DNA of 64,000 bases, from the IMG/VR virus record IMGVR_UViG_3300032245_001746, positions 62,001 to 126,000 of that record; one strand, written 5' to 3'. Below the pieces are notes generated by a model. It was not told the DNA's origin and searched no databases. It worked only from the letters and a program-made list of their open reading frames with translations. Positions 9,648 through 20,464 of this stretch are shown piece after piece; position 1 is the stretch's first letter; the number at the start of each line of letters is the position of its first letter. The translations under genes and the position numbers were made by a program.

Positions 9648-10379
9648 TTGACTAGATCACAGGAGATTTCAAACATGGCTTTAATTGATATTTTAGATTA
9701 TAATATGAATGAACAAGAAGCTTTTGCTTATAAATTATGCATGATTTGGGAAGATATTGTTAATAAACAATTGAAAAATTATGATAAAAAAGGATTATTA
9801 ATACCAAAAACTGGTGATCCAAGAAAATCTATATTATTTAAATATTGTTACAAATTAGCAAGAGAAACTAAAGGTTTAATAAAACCTGAAGAATACAAGT
9901 TTTATATTTTTTCACAAATTGATAATTTAAAAAACTTTAGTGATGGAAAAGTTCATTCTTTAATTACACCAGCTTGTCTATGTGGAGAAAAAGCTTGGAT
10001 GCGATGGACTATATGGAAAAATAAATTTGAAAAAAAATTACAAGAGCATTCTTCTTTAGGTGAAAAAGAAACAACAAGTATTAAAGTATCTATCACAGAT
10101 ATAGAAATAGAACTTCATAGAACTAAAAAATATTTAAATTCTATTTTAGGAGACAATTATTCTTTATCTAAACTTCATGAATATATCAAAAGTAAAAAAA
10201 TAATAAGAGATTATTCTTTTAATAAAATTAGTTCATTTTACATCGTACTTTCACCAATAGTAAAAATGTATTTTGAAGATATAGATGAAGCATTTTCTTT
10301 TAATTCTAGCTTAATGAAAAATTCAATCAACAAACAAATATTAAACTTTTTTGAAAAAACTTTCAGTAACGAATTTTAA
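9648..10379 (+). CDS. Hypothetical protein (likely true start ATG 9675)
   Basis: Long ORF; AGGAG precedes ATG 9675. Confidence 0.7.
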   Translation: MTRSQEISNMALIDILDYNMNEQEAFAYKLCMIWEDIVNKQLKNYDKKGLLIPKTGDPRKSILFKYCYKLARETKGLIKPEEYKFYIFSQIDNLKNFSDGKVHSLITPACLCGEKAWMRWTIWKNKFEKKLQEHSSLGEKETTSIKVSITDIEIELHRTKKYLNSILGDNYSLSKLHEYIKSKKIIRDYSFNKISSFYIVLSPIVKMYFEDIDEAFSFNSSLMKNSINKQILNFFEKTFSNEF

Positions 10380-11167
10380 AAAGTTTTTAACGAATTAAAA
10401 ACAACAGAAATTATTTCCTTAATGTTTTGTTTTGGAGCAAAATATTCTTCAAAATCTGATACTCCTGGTATCCATCTGCTAGAATTTTTTGGAGATTCTA
10501 TCGATGCCCCAAAACATTTTATTAAACCAGTTTCTTCACTATAAATAAAGTTTATATGATATTGTTCTATTTTATTATTAGCACCACTACCTGAAGAAGA
10601 TTCTAAACCACTGCCAGTTAACTCTAACATTATTAAATAATGATTTTCATTAATTTGTTTGATTTTATTAAACATCATCCATTTACATGGTCTTTTGAAT
10701 TTTATTTGTTCTGATGTTTTAATTACTATTTTTTTTAAATCAATTTTTTCTTTAACACTTTCTGATTGTTCCTTATTCATTATATGAAGAGTTTTTAATA
10801 TTTCATCAGCTAAATTTTCTTCCGATACATTTTTATCACTATCTGGTAATGGATAGACATGTTTGGTTATCCAAACATTTTCTCCTATTTTACTTTTAAT
10901 TTGCTTTTTTAGTATGGTCCTTAAAGATCCGTATGGACTAAATGTGACTTTTAACTTTTCATCTGTTTGATTTGACCATATAATGTCATTACCAAAAACA
11001 TTTGGGTATTTATTTCCAATGTTTTTGGTAACAAATTTTTTGATTTTATCAATTTTAATTACATATTTTTCTTCAATATCTTTAACTTCTTTATTTTCTT
11101 TTTCAAAGCCAAAAATATCTTTTTTAGATTCTTCTAAAATCCAAAATTTAAAATTTAAATTATTCAT
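10376..11167 (-). CDS. Hypothetical protein with capsid-targeting-like N-terminus
   Basis: Start adjusted to MNNLNFKFWILEE; TAAATA just upstream. Confidence 0.65.
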   Translation of the reverse strand: MNNLNFKFWILEESKKDIFGFEKENKEVKDIEEKYVIKIDKIKKFVTKNIGNKYPNVFGNDIIWSNQTDEKLKVTFSPYGSLRTILKKQIKSKIGENVWITKHVYPLPDSDKNVSEENLADEILKTLHIMNKEQSESVKEKIDLKKIVIKTSEQIKFKRPCKWMMFNKIKQINENHYLIMLELTGSGLESSSGSGANNKIEQYHINFIYSEETGLIKCFGASIESPKNSSRWIPGVSDFEEYFAPKQNIKEIISVVFNSLKTF

Positions 11168-11199
11168 ATAATATTTATTAAAAAACATATAAATATTAT

Positions 11200-11469
11200 A
11201 TGAATTTAGAATTTAAAAAATTTATTGAAAATGCAGAAATAGAAAAAATCGCAACTAAAAGTTTAGTTTTAGATTTTTTAAAAAATCGACTAAACATTAC
11301 AGATGAAGATATTATATTGAATATGAATATATCAAATTTTGATTCAAAAGTAATAGAAGATCTTTTAAATCGAGGTATGTTCGCTGAATTAATACCTTCA
11401 ATTAAAGATGATATTAAAAATAAAAACATGTCTGTTGAAGAATTTATAGATATTTTATCCTCTAAATAG
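11200..11469 (+). CDS. Hypothetical protein with capsid-targeting-like N-terminus
   Basis: MNLEFKKFIENAE; exact T4 late promoter TATAAATA at 11188-11195. Confidence 0.65.
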   Translation: MNLEFKKFIENAEIEKIATKSLVLDFLKNRLNITDEDIILNMNISNFDSKVIEDLLNRGMFAELIPSIKDDIKNKNMSVEEFIDILSSK

Positions 11470-11480
11470 AAAATTATTTT

Positions 11481-12203
11481 ATGCTGAAAATGTATTTAAT
11501 GCGAGGTTTACCAGGATCTGGTAAAAGCACTTTAGTAAAAGAATTATTGAAAAAATTCAACAAAGATGATGATTGTGTCTTTTCAACTGATAATTTTTAT
11601 ATTCCTGTAACTAAAAAAATACAAAATTTATTAAAAACAGATAATTCTTCTCTTGAAGAGGTAATAAAACTATCTCAAGAAATTTTTGATATTTGGAACT
11701 CTTCAAATAAATATGAAGAAAAAAATTTAAATTTAGATTTGTATTTAAAATTTAACAAATTGTTCAATGATGGAAAATATGAAGAGTCAATCTTATTTGT
11801 TAAAAACAATTCTTTTTTTGAATACTTAGAATATTGTAATAACTTTTCTGTAACTAAATGCGGAATGTTTCATAAACAAAATTTTAATAATTTTAAAAAA
11901 GCTATTGATGATAAAAAAGAATTAGTAATTGTTGATAATACTAATGTTTCTTTAAAAGAAGGCTCTAAATATATTAAATATGCTCATGAAAACAAATACG
12001 ATATTGAAATCAAAGAACCAGAATCTCCACATTGGAAAAAACATGTTCATATTTTAAAACATAAAGATGGATCTGAATTAAAAGAATTTATAAATATTCT
12101 TTTTGAAAAGAATAAACATGGTGTGCCTAAAGATGTTATTTTAAATATGGCAAATAAATGGTTTTATAAACCTACAATTAAAGATTTTTTAAAACATGAT
12201 TGA
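11481..12203 (+). CDS. AAA_33 / N4BP2-like P-loop (polynucleotide) kinase
   Basis: MYLMRGLPGSGKST, FSTDNF, VIVDNTN, NKHGVP. Confidence 0.8.
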   Translation: MLKMYLMRGLPGSGKSTLVKELLKKFNKDDDCVFSTDNFYIPVTKKIQNLLKTDNSSLEEVIKLSQEIFDIWNSSNKYEEKNLNLDLYLKFNKLFNDGKYEESILFVKNNSFFEYLEYCNNFSVTKCGMFHKQNFNNFKKAIDDKKELVIVDNTNVSLKEGSKYIKYAHENKYDIEIKEPESPHWKKHVHILKHKDGSELKEFINILFEKNKHGVPKDVILNMANKWFYKPTIKDFLKHD

Positions 12204-12621
12204 GTCAAATATAAATATTTGGAAAAGTCAAAGTGATTTTAAATGCGTAACTACAAATTCTGTTCTTAAAAAAGATGGTTCTTTAGTTATGGGTAAAGGT
12301 ATTGCTCTTGAAGCATCACTTAAATATAAAAATTTACCTAAAGAATTAGGATTTTTAGTTCAAAAATATGGTAACAATCCTTTTATATTTTTTAATTACG
12401 GAATAATATCTTTTCCAACAAAACATCATTGGAAAGACAATTCTGATATTAATTTGATTGAAAGAAGTGCAAAAATAATATCTGCTTTTGCTAAAATATA
12501 TGATATTAAAACTATTTCATTAACAAGACCAGGATGTGGTAACGGACATCTAAAGTGGCTTGATGTTGCTCCAATTTTAGAAAAATATTTTGATAATAGA
12601 TTTATAATTCATAATTCATAA
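12196..12621 (+). CDS. Macrodomain protein (ADP-ribose binding/hydrolase)
   Basis: VTTN..VMGKGIA, FPTKHHW, RPGCGNGHLKW macrodomain signatures. Confidence 0.8.
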   Translation: MIESNINIWKSQSDFKCVTTNSVLKKDGSLVMGKGIALEASLKYKNLPKELGFLVQKYGNNPFIFFNYGIISFPTKHHWKDNSDINLIERSAKIISAFAKIYDIKTISLTRPGCGNGHLKWLDVAPILEKYFDNRFIIHNS

Positions 12622-13040
12622 TACAATGGAGAAATTTGTTTAAATCCAAATTTTTGATACCAACTTTTTAATTGTTTATCATTTAAATTTTGTTTGTGTT
12701 TTTCTGTTCTTTTTGGATATAATCTTAAAATAATTCCATTTTTCTTTGCAATTTCTATTAATATTTTCAAGGCATTATTAGCGTTTCCTTGTCCTTTATT
12801 AATTGATTGAATGTTTTCAATATACCATATATTCGGCGTAGATTCATGATAATTAACAATATCATTTTCAATATTTCTACTTTCGTTAGATAATGATATG
12901 TAAACACCATTACCGAAATCCCATGTTGGATAGCCTTTCCAACTCGGAGCACGATTTATATTATTTAAATCTTTAATCATACCTAAAGACGCTTGATGCT
13001 CTTTAGATGTTTCGTTTTCAAAAAATTGTTTAAAATCCAT
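12609..13040 (-). CDS. GNAT-fold acetyltransferase with capsid-targeting-like N-terminus
   Basis: KGQGNA acetyl-CoA loop, LKSWYQKFGF; N-terminus MDFKQFFENE. Confidence 0.7.
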   Translation of the reverse strand: MDFKQFFENETSKEHQASLGMIKDLNNINRAPSWKGYPTWDFGNGVYISLSNESRNIENDIVNYHESTPNIWYIENIQSINKGQGNANNALKILIEIAKKNGIILRLYPKRTEKHKQNLNDKQLKSWYQKFGFKQISPLYYEL

Positions 13041-13059
13041 GATTTATATATTAAAAGTG

Positions 13060-13584
13060 TTATGTTTTTTGACTGCATCTAAAAACGATAGAATATCTTT
13101 TATTTTCTACTGGAATAATAGAATGCATCCATTTATATCGTATTTCATTTCTCATTACTACTAAACTTCTAGCTTTTAATTCAACAATAAAAGATTCATT
13201 CTTCTTGTTGAATTTCATCATAGCATTACTTAAAAGGCTTAATACTATAATTACTTCTCCACTATTCATACTATCAATATGAGGTTTTATTTCTTGACCT
13301 TTTAAGTATTCATTAATTGATATTGAATCTGGTTTTTGTTTAATAAAACCAGATTCAAATATTTTTAAATTAATATTTTCAAGATAATCAGGAATGGTTT
13401 TAGATATCATATTCCCAGGATATGGAATATTACTGCCATATCGTTTTATGCTATTTCTTTCTTTTTGTTTAGCAACTCTATCTTTTTTATCGTCGATTAT
13501 ATTTAATATTAATGATTCTTCTTCTATAGAAATAAAATCATCAATAACAAATAATCCTAATTGTTGATAATCAATCCCAAACAT
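13060..13584 (-). CDS. AlkB-family 2OG-Fe(II) dioxygenase
   Basis: INEY..GQEIKPHID, LSL, WMHSI, RYSIVFR (HxD...H...R). Confidence 0.85.
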   Translation of the reverse strand: MFGIDYQQLGLFVIDDFISIEEESLILNIIDDKKDRVAKQKERNSIKRYGSNIPYPGNMISKTIPDYLENINLKIFESGFIKQKPDSISINEYLKGQEIKPHIDSMNSGEVIIVLSLLSNAMMKFNKKNESFIVELKARSLVVMRNEIRYKWMHSIIPVENKRYSIVFRCSQKT

Positions 13585-16500
13585 AATAAGTCCATTTACT
13601 AATGGGATTTTTATATCTCATTCTTACTTTAAAATTATTTACAGGCTTGTCAATAACAACAGTGAAATTTCCACCTTCGTTAAGTTGTACAACTTCTTGT
13701 ACAACAATATCATTCCAATCAGTATATCTTTCATTTGCCATGTAATCTTCGTGCCACTGAACTTCAATTTGATCAGCAGTTAATGTAATTTCTTCTTCGT
13801 TGTAATTTGAAGGAACGAGAATACCAGTGTGTTCTTCATTATAACCTATAAAATAATTACCTGGAATTGGGTTTTTACCAAATTTTTGTAATGTAAGTCC
13901 ACCACTTGCTCTAAATTGCCCTATGCTTGTAGCATATAAAAGACTATCCCCATCAGGTTCTAAATTATCTAAATAAGCCAATGTGTAAGTATGATCATTA
14001 TCATAAGACATAAGAATTAAAGCATTACCAGTGGATGCTAAAGCACGAATTGCAAAATTATAAATTTGATTGTTATCTACAAAAACAGTTGGTCCTTTTT
14101 TATTTTCTAATTGATTTATTATTTCTCCAGTACTAGGATTAATTTCAGCTAATTCTGGAATTTGTGAAAATGTGGCAAATAATCTATCGCCAACAAATGC
14201 TAATCCTCTACATTCTGCCCAATGAAATTGATCAGAAATTGAAGTAGCTACACCATCATTTGTTATTGAATGTAAACCTTCATTGGATGCAACTAAAAAT
14301 TTATTATTTTTATAATATGTCATACAATGAGGTTGATTTAATCCAGGTTTGTAATTAATAAATTCAGATGCCATTCCATCGAAATAGTCAGTAAAAGCAA
14401 ACATATTAGGAATGTTTTCTGTTATGTTTGTCACTGAACTATTTAAATTTGATAATATATTTTCAATGGTCATACTTGGACCAGTTATAGTATTTAAAAA
14501 ACTATTTCCAATTGTACGTGCCTGTTCAGATGTAATTTCGTTATTTATATTATCTCCGTTATCTATACTTGAAAATAATAAATAATAAATATAATCAACA
14601 CCTGAAAGATTGCTTATCTTATGAAAATCTTGGTAAGTACTGTAACTTATTTCTTGCATTACTCCTGATTTAGTTGGAATAATAATCAAATGATTAACAG
14701 AAGGATCGCCGCTATTATAAATTTTTTTGAAATAACCTGTGTGTCCATTATTTAATGTTATAACATCTTCAGCGGCAAGTCCACTTCCATCTGCGCCTAT
14801 TTGACCATATATCGAAAAAGAAGTTATATCAATATCTTTTGCAACCATTACAAATAAGCCTGAATACATGTTTGTGAAGTACCGACTACCAGGACCAAAA
14901 TAATCATATTCATCTTCATAAGAATGACCATCAGTTATTACACCATCAGCTATTTGATTGAAAGCTTCCCAATCGTACTCAGTTTGTTGAGTATGTGTGT
15001 ATTCAATAAAACCATTATTTGATCTGTTTGTTCCAAGGAAATTTCCTCGGTCATACATGTCATCTCCACCATCATCAATATATGATTCTGTCTGAAATTC
15101 AGTTCCATTGACTTTAATTGATCCTGATAAATCTATTGGTGTAACTTCAAGTGTGTCTAAATTCAATTTTTCAAACACTAAATTAGTTTCATCATAATCT
15201 GAAGTATCTACCGCACGCATACAAAGATGGTAAATATGTCTATCTATTGGATTAAATGCGACAGATTGATATTCTTCAATATTACAGCAAACTTTAGTGT
15301 CAACAATTAAATCCCCTACAATTCCTTCGTCGCTTAAATAATTCAAAGCACTTAAATCATTGTTTGATTGTTGTATTATTAATTGATTTTCTTCATTAAT
15401 ATTGATAGAAGTCAATGCTCTGTAATTTATTGAAAGTTGTGAAATAAACGAGTATTGATTAGTTTGTGTTATTACATTTGTTACCGAAATTGTAGTAATT
15501 GCAAATATTCCTTCTGTATCCACACCTTGTAGTTCAAGTGTAATTAAATGCTCGCCAGTAGTTAAGTTAACAGAAACATCTCCAGAACCAGTTCCATAAC
15601 AATTAACTGTTTCTAATGTTGTTCCGTTTGATTTTACAAATAAATCACCATATACATTTGAAGAAAAATTATAAGAAAAAGATAAAACGCTATTTTCACC
15701 AACATTAAAATTTTGTGTCAAAATATTAGTTTGACCAGAAATGAAATTTGTTCTTATATCTGAAGCATCTCGTGACCATTGTGTGCCAACCCAACCATGA
15801 TTATCATCATCAAAACCACTAGTATATGTGTTAGATTCTGATGTGCTTTCTATTTTAGCCAAAATCATACCACTATAACCTTGTTCATTTGTCGCATAAA
15901 GAATTGCATGTAAATTACCATTGTGTTCGGTTAAACTATGTCCTTCTAATAAATTATAACCATCAATTGTCATTTCAAACAATGGTGATTCATTTAGTAA
16001 TAGACCATTTGTTGGATCAAGTACATATATTTGAATTGGTCCTTGATAATTATTATCAAATAATCCAACTAAGACATTATTATAGTAATACATTCCTCTA
16101 ATGCTATTATTAGCACCACTTAATTGTGTTACAGTTCCATTTGTTTCTATTTGATAGAAAGAACAATCAGTAGCTAATAAAAATACACCTGTAGGTGGAT
16201 AATAACACATAGTTTTTACAGAACAATTAAAGTCATTAGAAGTTAAAGGTATGTTGATTATTTCTAAAGTTTCTGTATTAATATATTCAAATTCATACCC
16301 TTGATAAGAATCTCTATTTTTTCTTATCATTCTATAAATTAATCCATTGTGAAAAGCAATTGCATGATTTGTTTCATAAACATTTTCATTTGTAAAAGTT
16401 TTTAATTTGTTTGTATAAAACTCATCTCCATAATTTATTGCATAAAGAGTATTTGCTTCTGATAAATTATCATTTACATTTTCTGTAAGACCATATAATT

Positions 16501-16909
16501 GAAAGTCTGCAAGTTGCCATATTGACATACTTGCTTCTGAATAATTATTTGAATAATTTGAATTTTTAAAATGTCTAACTTTTATTTCAATTGTATCATT
16601 AGGTGATACATCAATAATTGTTTCATTATTGTTGTTTTCAACAATAATGGTTTCCCAATAAGTATTATTTATGTTATATTGTAGTTCAGTGCCCAAATTA
16701 GATTGATTAGTCCAATTAACAATAATGCCTAAGTTTTCTAAACTTAAATTTAAATTTTTCACATCAGGAATGTCATTATTTAAGTTTGTTGTTTGATATG
16801 GGTATAATTGATATCTACAAACTGTTATTACAGAAACCCAAGCGTTTTTTAAATATACCCATTTAATTTCTCTTATAACATTGTTTTTATCCAAACATCT
16901 ATATGTCAT
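13571..16909 (-). CDS. Large beta-rich protein, probable virion/adhesion protein; paralog of 24628-27558
   Basis: Shares long blocks with the paralog, e.g. YFTNMYSGLFVMVAK and MRYKNPISKWTYY.WD. Confidence 0.6.
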   Translation of the reverse strand: MTYRCLDKNNVIREIKWVYLKNAWVSVITVCRYQLYPYQTTNLNNDIPDVKNLNLSLENLGIIVNWTNQSNLGTELQYNINNTYWETIIVENNNNETIIDVSPNDTIEIKVRHFKNSNYSNNYSEASMSIWQLADFQLYGLTENVNDNLSEANTLYAINYGDEFYTNKLKTFTNENVYETNHAIAFHNGLIYRMIRKNRDSYQGYEFEYINTETLEIINIPLTSNDFNCSVKTMCYYPPTGVFLLATDCSFYQIETNGTVTQLSGANNSIRGMYYYNNVLVGLFDNNYQGPIQIYVLDPTNGLLLNESPLFEMTIDGYNLLEGHSLTEHNGNLHAILYATNEQGYSGMILAKIESTSESNTYTSGFDDDNHGWVGTQWSRDASDIRTNFISGQTNILTQNFNVGENSVLSFSYNFSSNVYGDLFVKSNGTTLETVNCYGTGSGDVSVNLTTGEHLITLELQGVDTEGIFAITTISVTNVITQTNQYSFISQLSINYRALTSININEENQLIIQQSNNDLSALNYLSDEGIVGDLIVDTKVCCNIEEYQSVAFNPIDRHIYHLCMRAVDTSDYDETNLVFEKLNLDTLEVTPIDLSGSIKVNGTEFQTESYIDDGGDDMYDRGNFLGTNRSNNGFIEYTHTQQTEYDWEAFNQIADGVITDGHSYEDEYDYFGPGSRYFTNMYSGLFVMVAKDIDITSFSIYGQIGADGSGLAAEDVITLNNGHTGYFKKIYNSGDPSVNHLIIIPTKSGVMQEISYSTYQDFHKISNLSGVDYIYYLLFSSIDNGDNINNEITSEQARTIGNSFLNTITGPSMTIENILSNLNSSVTNITENIPNMFAFTDYFDGMASEFINYKPGLNQPHCMTYYKNNKFLVASNEGLHSITNDGVATSISDQFHWAECRGLAFVGDRLFATFSQIPELAEINPSTGEIINQLENKKGPTVFVDNNQIYNFAIRALASTGNALILMSYDNDHTYTLAYLDNLEPDGDSLLYATSIGQFRASGGLTLQKFGKNPIPGNYFIGYNEEHTGILVPSNYNEEEITLTADQIEVQWHEDYMANERYTDWNDIVVQEVVQLNEGGNFTVVIDKPVNNFKVRMRYKNPISKWTYYVWD

Positions 16910-16962
16910 TATAATAACTCCATTATTTTATTTTATTTTATTTTATTTTAAATTGGATATTT

Positions 16963-17235
16963 TTAATCTTTAATAGTTTTTAATTTATGTTCTTTTAAAA
17001 AACCTCTAGGACCTGTTACTTCAATTTCAGTTAATTCTTGAATTAATTTCAATTTATCGATCATTTCTTGACTTGCATCAAATGTGCAAAACCAGTGAGT
17101 CTCTGGTTTTTCGCCTGTTTCTGACAATCCAATTCCTAATATTCTTGGATGATTAGCAAAAGCTTCAATTTCCAATCTAGCTTTATTTCTAGCTAATTCA
17201 ACATCTTCATTTTTTGCTAAAATACATATTTGCAT
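16963..17235 (-). CDS. 90-aa hypothetical protein; paralog of 24343-24615
   Basis: ILGIGLSETGEKP.THWFCTFDASQEMIDKLK is shared. Confidence 0.8.
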   Translation of the reverse strand: MQICILAKNEDVELARNKARLEIEAFANHPRILGIGLSETGEKPETHWFCTFDASQEMIDKLKLIQELTEIEVTGPRGFLKEHKLKTIKD

Positions 17236-17283
17236 ATAATAAATATCTCTTGTAAATAATTTTATTATATATGTTTAAATAAA

Positions 17284-18711
17284 TTAAAAATCTATTTCTT
17301 TTTTAATTGTTATTTTATGACCTTCATTTTTTAATATTTTTACTCTTTGATTAGAATGTCTAAGTAAATAAGGATTTATATTGAATATAAAATCATAATA
17401 TTTTAATTCTTCTTTATCATCAGATGGTCTTAAACCTCTTCCCATACGTTGTATAATCGTATGATCTGCCTTACCACCCGCACAGTTTATTAAGTTATGC
17501 AAATGACAATTTATTCCAGAATTTAATATTTTTTGTGTTGCTATAGCTACAACATCTTCTTTAGATGATTTATGTAATCTTTGAATTACTTCTTTTCTCG
17601 TTTTTAATGTATCTTTACCTTTAATCCAAATTGAATCTGTAATTATATCATTTAATATATTTCCATGTTCTATTCTTTCAACAAGAATTAAAGTTCTTCC
17701 TTTGCATAATGTTGTTAATCTTTTAACTATTTCATGTAAATAATAATTATTAGCAATACCTGCTGTTACAGCATCTCTGTATATTTCATAAGGCAACTCT
17801 GGTTCATTAATATGATAAAAATAACAATCACTTTTTGCTAATGTACCTCTTTCTTGTAACAATTTAGTTTTAACGACACCTTTTTCTGCAACATCTGAAT
17901 TTGTTTTTAAAACAGGACCAAAATATCCTTTAACATAATATCTTTGAGATTTATCTTTACCTCCAAATTTTTCCCAAGTTGCAGATATGGCAAGTCTCAT
18001 AGAAGCATTTGTTAATTTTTCATATGCTTTTTTACATGTTTTACCCATCATTTCATGGATTTCATCCACAATAACACATTTTATGTGTGGCAATAAAGAT
18101 TCAATTTTATGAATAGATTGAATTGTTGAGCATGTAATTACATTTGGCTCAAAATAATTTCCATATACTCTTCCAACCTTTTCGAATTTCCATTCTTTTA
18201 ACTTTTCATAATTTTGATCAACTAAGCTAGTTTGTCCAGCTAAAATTAAACAAGGTGTTTTAGGACTTAAACACCTTAATGATCCTACTAAAATTTCAGA
18301 CTTTCCAGCACCTGTTGCGGCTGAAACTATTCCTCTTTTATATTCCATAAATTGATTAATTAAATCAACTTGATAATCATATAATTCAAAATTAGGATTC
18401 CATTGTTTTAAAAAATCTTTATCTATTTTTGAATTAATTATATTCACTTCAGTTCTTTTATCAATTGTTTCATATTGAATGTTCCAATATTTTAATGCAG
18501 CCGTTACTTCTGGTAATAAACCAGTTAAAAATCTTCCTGTTTTTTCTTTAAAAAAATCTGTAAAACCATCCCAGACTTTTTGTTTAAAAAGTCTGGAATG
18601 CATATAATTAAGTTCTCTTACTTTAAATAACTTAGTTAAGTCATTCATTACTTTCAAATTTTCACTTTGAAGCCAAGAGTAATTATTTTGTATTTTTATT
18701 ACAGTTTTCAT
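17284..18711 (-). CDS. UvsW-like superfamily 2 helicase
   Basis: LYDYQ, ATGAGKS, VDEIH, SAT, QRMGRGLR. Confidence 0.88.
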   Translation of the reverse strand: MKTVIKIQNNYSWLQSENLKVMNDLTKLFKVRELNYMHSRLFKQKVWDGFTDFFKEKTGRFLTGLLPEVTAALKYWNIQYETIDKRTEVNIINSKIDKDFLKQWNPNFELYDYQVDLINQFMEYKRGIVSAATGAGKSEILVGSLRCLSPKTPCLILAGQTSLVDQNYEKLKEWKFEKVGRVYGNYFEPNVITCSTIQSIHKIESLLPHIKCVIVDEIHEMMGKTCKKAYEKLTNASMRLAISATWEKFGGKDKSQRYYVKGYFGPVLKTNSDVAEKGVVKTKLLQERGTLAKSDCYFYHINEPELPYEIYRDAVTAGIANNYYLHEIVKRLTTLCKGRTLILVERIEHGNILNDIITDSIWIKGKDTLKTRKEVIQRLHKSSKEDVVAIATQKILNSGINCHLHNLINCAGGKADHTIIQRMGRGLRPSDDKEELKYYDFIFNINPYLLRHSNQRVKILKNEGHKITIKKEIDF

Positions 18712-18741
18712 TCAATATGATACGTTATTAACTTTTTGAAA

Positions 18742-19248
18742 TCACATTTTTTCCAATCTTTTGATTACTTTTTCTATATTTTTTTCTAATTCTGTTTCAA
18801 TTCTAGATCTTGAAGCAAATACGCTATCTAATGCTGCTTTCATTTCAATTGTAATTTCTGCTTTTCCTTTTATGTTCTTTACAACAATTGTTGTAGATTG
18901 ATCTTTTAAATTACCAGTTAATGGTCTAATCATTTCGACTTGGAATATTCCTTCTTCTTCATTTATTTTTCTTGTTTCTTTTGCAACAAATGTTGATGTA
19001 CCAATTGCATTTTTATTTTGAATTTGAAGCAAATCTTTTTCTCTTTTTAAAACTACCGTACCAATTTCTTTATAAAGTATATCTTGTTTAAAATATATTT
19101 TATTAATACATTCTTCATAATCCATATCTGTCATTCTTGTTATTTTTGTTTCACCCTCACCAGCAATACAAATATTTGGTAACAACAATATTGAAAAAAA
19201 TAAATATTTAAACATAAAAACTCCTTTTTTATTATTTATCCAATACAT
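18742..19248 (-). CDS. Hypothetical protein with signal-peptide-like N-terminus (start probably 19215)
   Basis: MFKYLFFSILLLPNICIA preceded by AGGAG. Confidence 0.6.
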   Translation of the reverse strand: MYWINNKKGVFMFKYLFFSILLLPNICIAGEGETKITRMTDMDYEECINKIYFKQDILYKEIGTVVLKREKDLLQIQNKNAIGTSTFVAKETRKINEEEGIFQVEMIRPLTGNLKDQSTTIVVKNIKGKAEITIEMKAALDSVFASRSRIETELEKNIEKVIKRLEKM

Positions 19249-19280
19249 AAATAATAAAATATAAAAGTTTTGAGGTTTAT

Positions 19281-19958
19281 ATGAATTTTAAAAAATATTA
19301 TGAAAACTCTTCAGTTGCAGTTAAAGTATTGAGAGATCAAGATTCAATTGATGCAAAATTCATACAAGAAATTGATAAATTAAAAAAATCAATAATGGAA
19401 TATGTTGGAAATAGATTTGCAAATATTTTAAATATAAGTGGTAAAAATCATTTTTCAACAATTGCTACAATGGCAAATACAAATAATGAAGTTATCAATC
19501 ATTTAATGAAATTATCAGAAATTGATGTTCAAATATTAGATTTTTTATATTCTGCACAAATTGTTCATTTTAATCAGATATTAAGATCAATACCAGAAAC
19601 TTTTGCTGAATTAGCAGATATTATGGAAAGAATTAGTCAAAATGATTTAGTACCAGATTTAACACATACTAAAAACGCAATTGATTATTCTTTAGCTAAA
19701 ATTAAAAAAAATGCTTCTAGTATGTTGAAAACAATTCAAATGAATGAAGAATTATTAAAAATTTCTTTAGCAAATGAAAAATTATTTCAATACATGTATA
19801 AATTTAAAAATAATCAACAAAAAGAAGCAGAAAGTTGGATAATAAATGTGGCTACATGGTATAATATTTATGTTCCAAACTTTATCGATGTTTGTTCAAA
19901 TTATGCTAACATAACAATTCAAAATTTGAACCATTATGTTTTAAATCAAGAAAATTAA
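19281..19958 (+). CDS. Hypothetical protein with capsid-targeting-like N-terminus
   Basis: MNFKKYYENS; RBS GAGG; TAAATA upstream. Confidence 0.7.
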   Translation: MNFKKYYENSSVAVKVLRDQDSIDAKFIQEIDKLKKSIMEYVGNRFANILNISGKNHFSTIATMANTNNEVINHLMKLSEIDVQILDFLYSAQIVHFNQILRSIPETFAELADIMERISQNDLVPDLTHTKNAIDYSLAKIKKNASSMLKTIQMNEELLKISLANEKLFQYMYKFKNNQQKEAESWIINVATWYNIYVPNFIDVCSNYANITIQNLNHYVLNQEN

Positions 19959-19970
19959 AGAAAGGTTTTT

Positions 19971-20273
19971 ATGGCTCTTACTCAAAAATTATTATTTACT
20001 CAAGATTATTCTGAATATCCAATTACTTTTAATTATTTAAGTAACGAAATTGCAAGAATAGACAGAGAAGGTATCTTTCACTTCTGCGTAGAACCTTCTG
20101 ATGAAAACACAAAGAAGTTTGTAGACTTATTGCAGAATTTGTTCAATCGAAAAATTACTGGTTTGAACGTTGTAGAAAAAAAATCCAAAAACTTGTTTAC
20201 AAACACTGACAACAACACGTATAGTTCTGATGACAATTCTGATGTTGTAGAAGAATTTGATCTTCTAAAATAA
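19971..20273 (+). CDS. Hypothetical protein
   Basis: 100-aa ORF with AAGG RBS. Confidence 0.65.
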   Translation: MALTQKLLFTQDYSEYPITFNYLSNEIARIDREGIFHFCVEPSDENTKKFVDLLQNLFNRKITGLNVVEKKSKNLFTNTDNNTYSSDDNSDVVEEFDLLK

Positions 20274-20287
20274 TTTTCAAAATTTTT

Positions 20288-20317
20288 TTGAAAAAAAACA
20301 ATCAACTACCATATAAT
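20288..20317 (+). promoter_or_regulatory. Sigma70-type promoter for the leader/tRNA operon
   Basis: TTGAAA (20288-20293), 18-nt spacer, TATAAT (20312-20317). Confidence 0.6.
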
Positions 20318-20342
20318 AATTAAACTTAAAAGGAAATTTAAA

Positions 20343-20423
20343 ATGTCATATTTATTTAGTTCATATTTGTATAGTTCATCCTCGCTCTTTATGAGCGGAA
20401 GGACTAGTCTTGCTGTATGCTAA
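20343..20423 (+). CDS. Putative attenuator leader peptide MSYLFSSYLYSSSSLFMSGRTSLAVC
   Basis: AAGGAA RBS; codons 2-16 encode only Ser/Tyr/Leu/Phe, matching the downstream tRNAs; last codons overlap the antiterminator strand. Confidence 0.75.
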   Translation: MSYLFSSYLYSSSSLFMSGRTSLAVC

Positions 20424-20464
20424 GTAAATGAGGAAATAGGAATAAAAACCTCGGCATCGCAAGA
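20408..20464 (+). promoter_or_regulatory. Putative antiterminator helix
   Basis: TCTTGC (20408-13) pairs GCAAGA (20459-64); ATGCT (20417-21) pairs GGCAT (20453-57); excludes the terminator. Confidence 0.65.
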
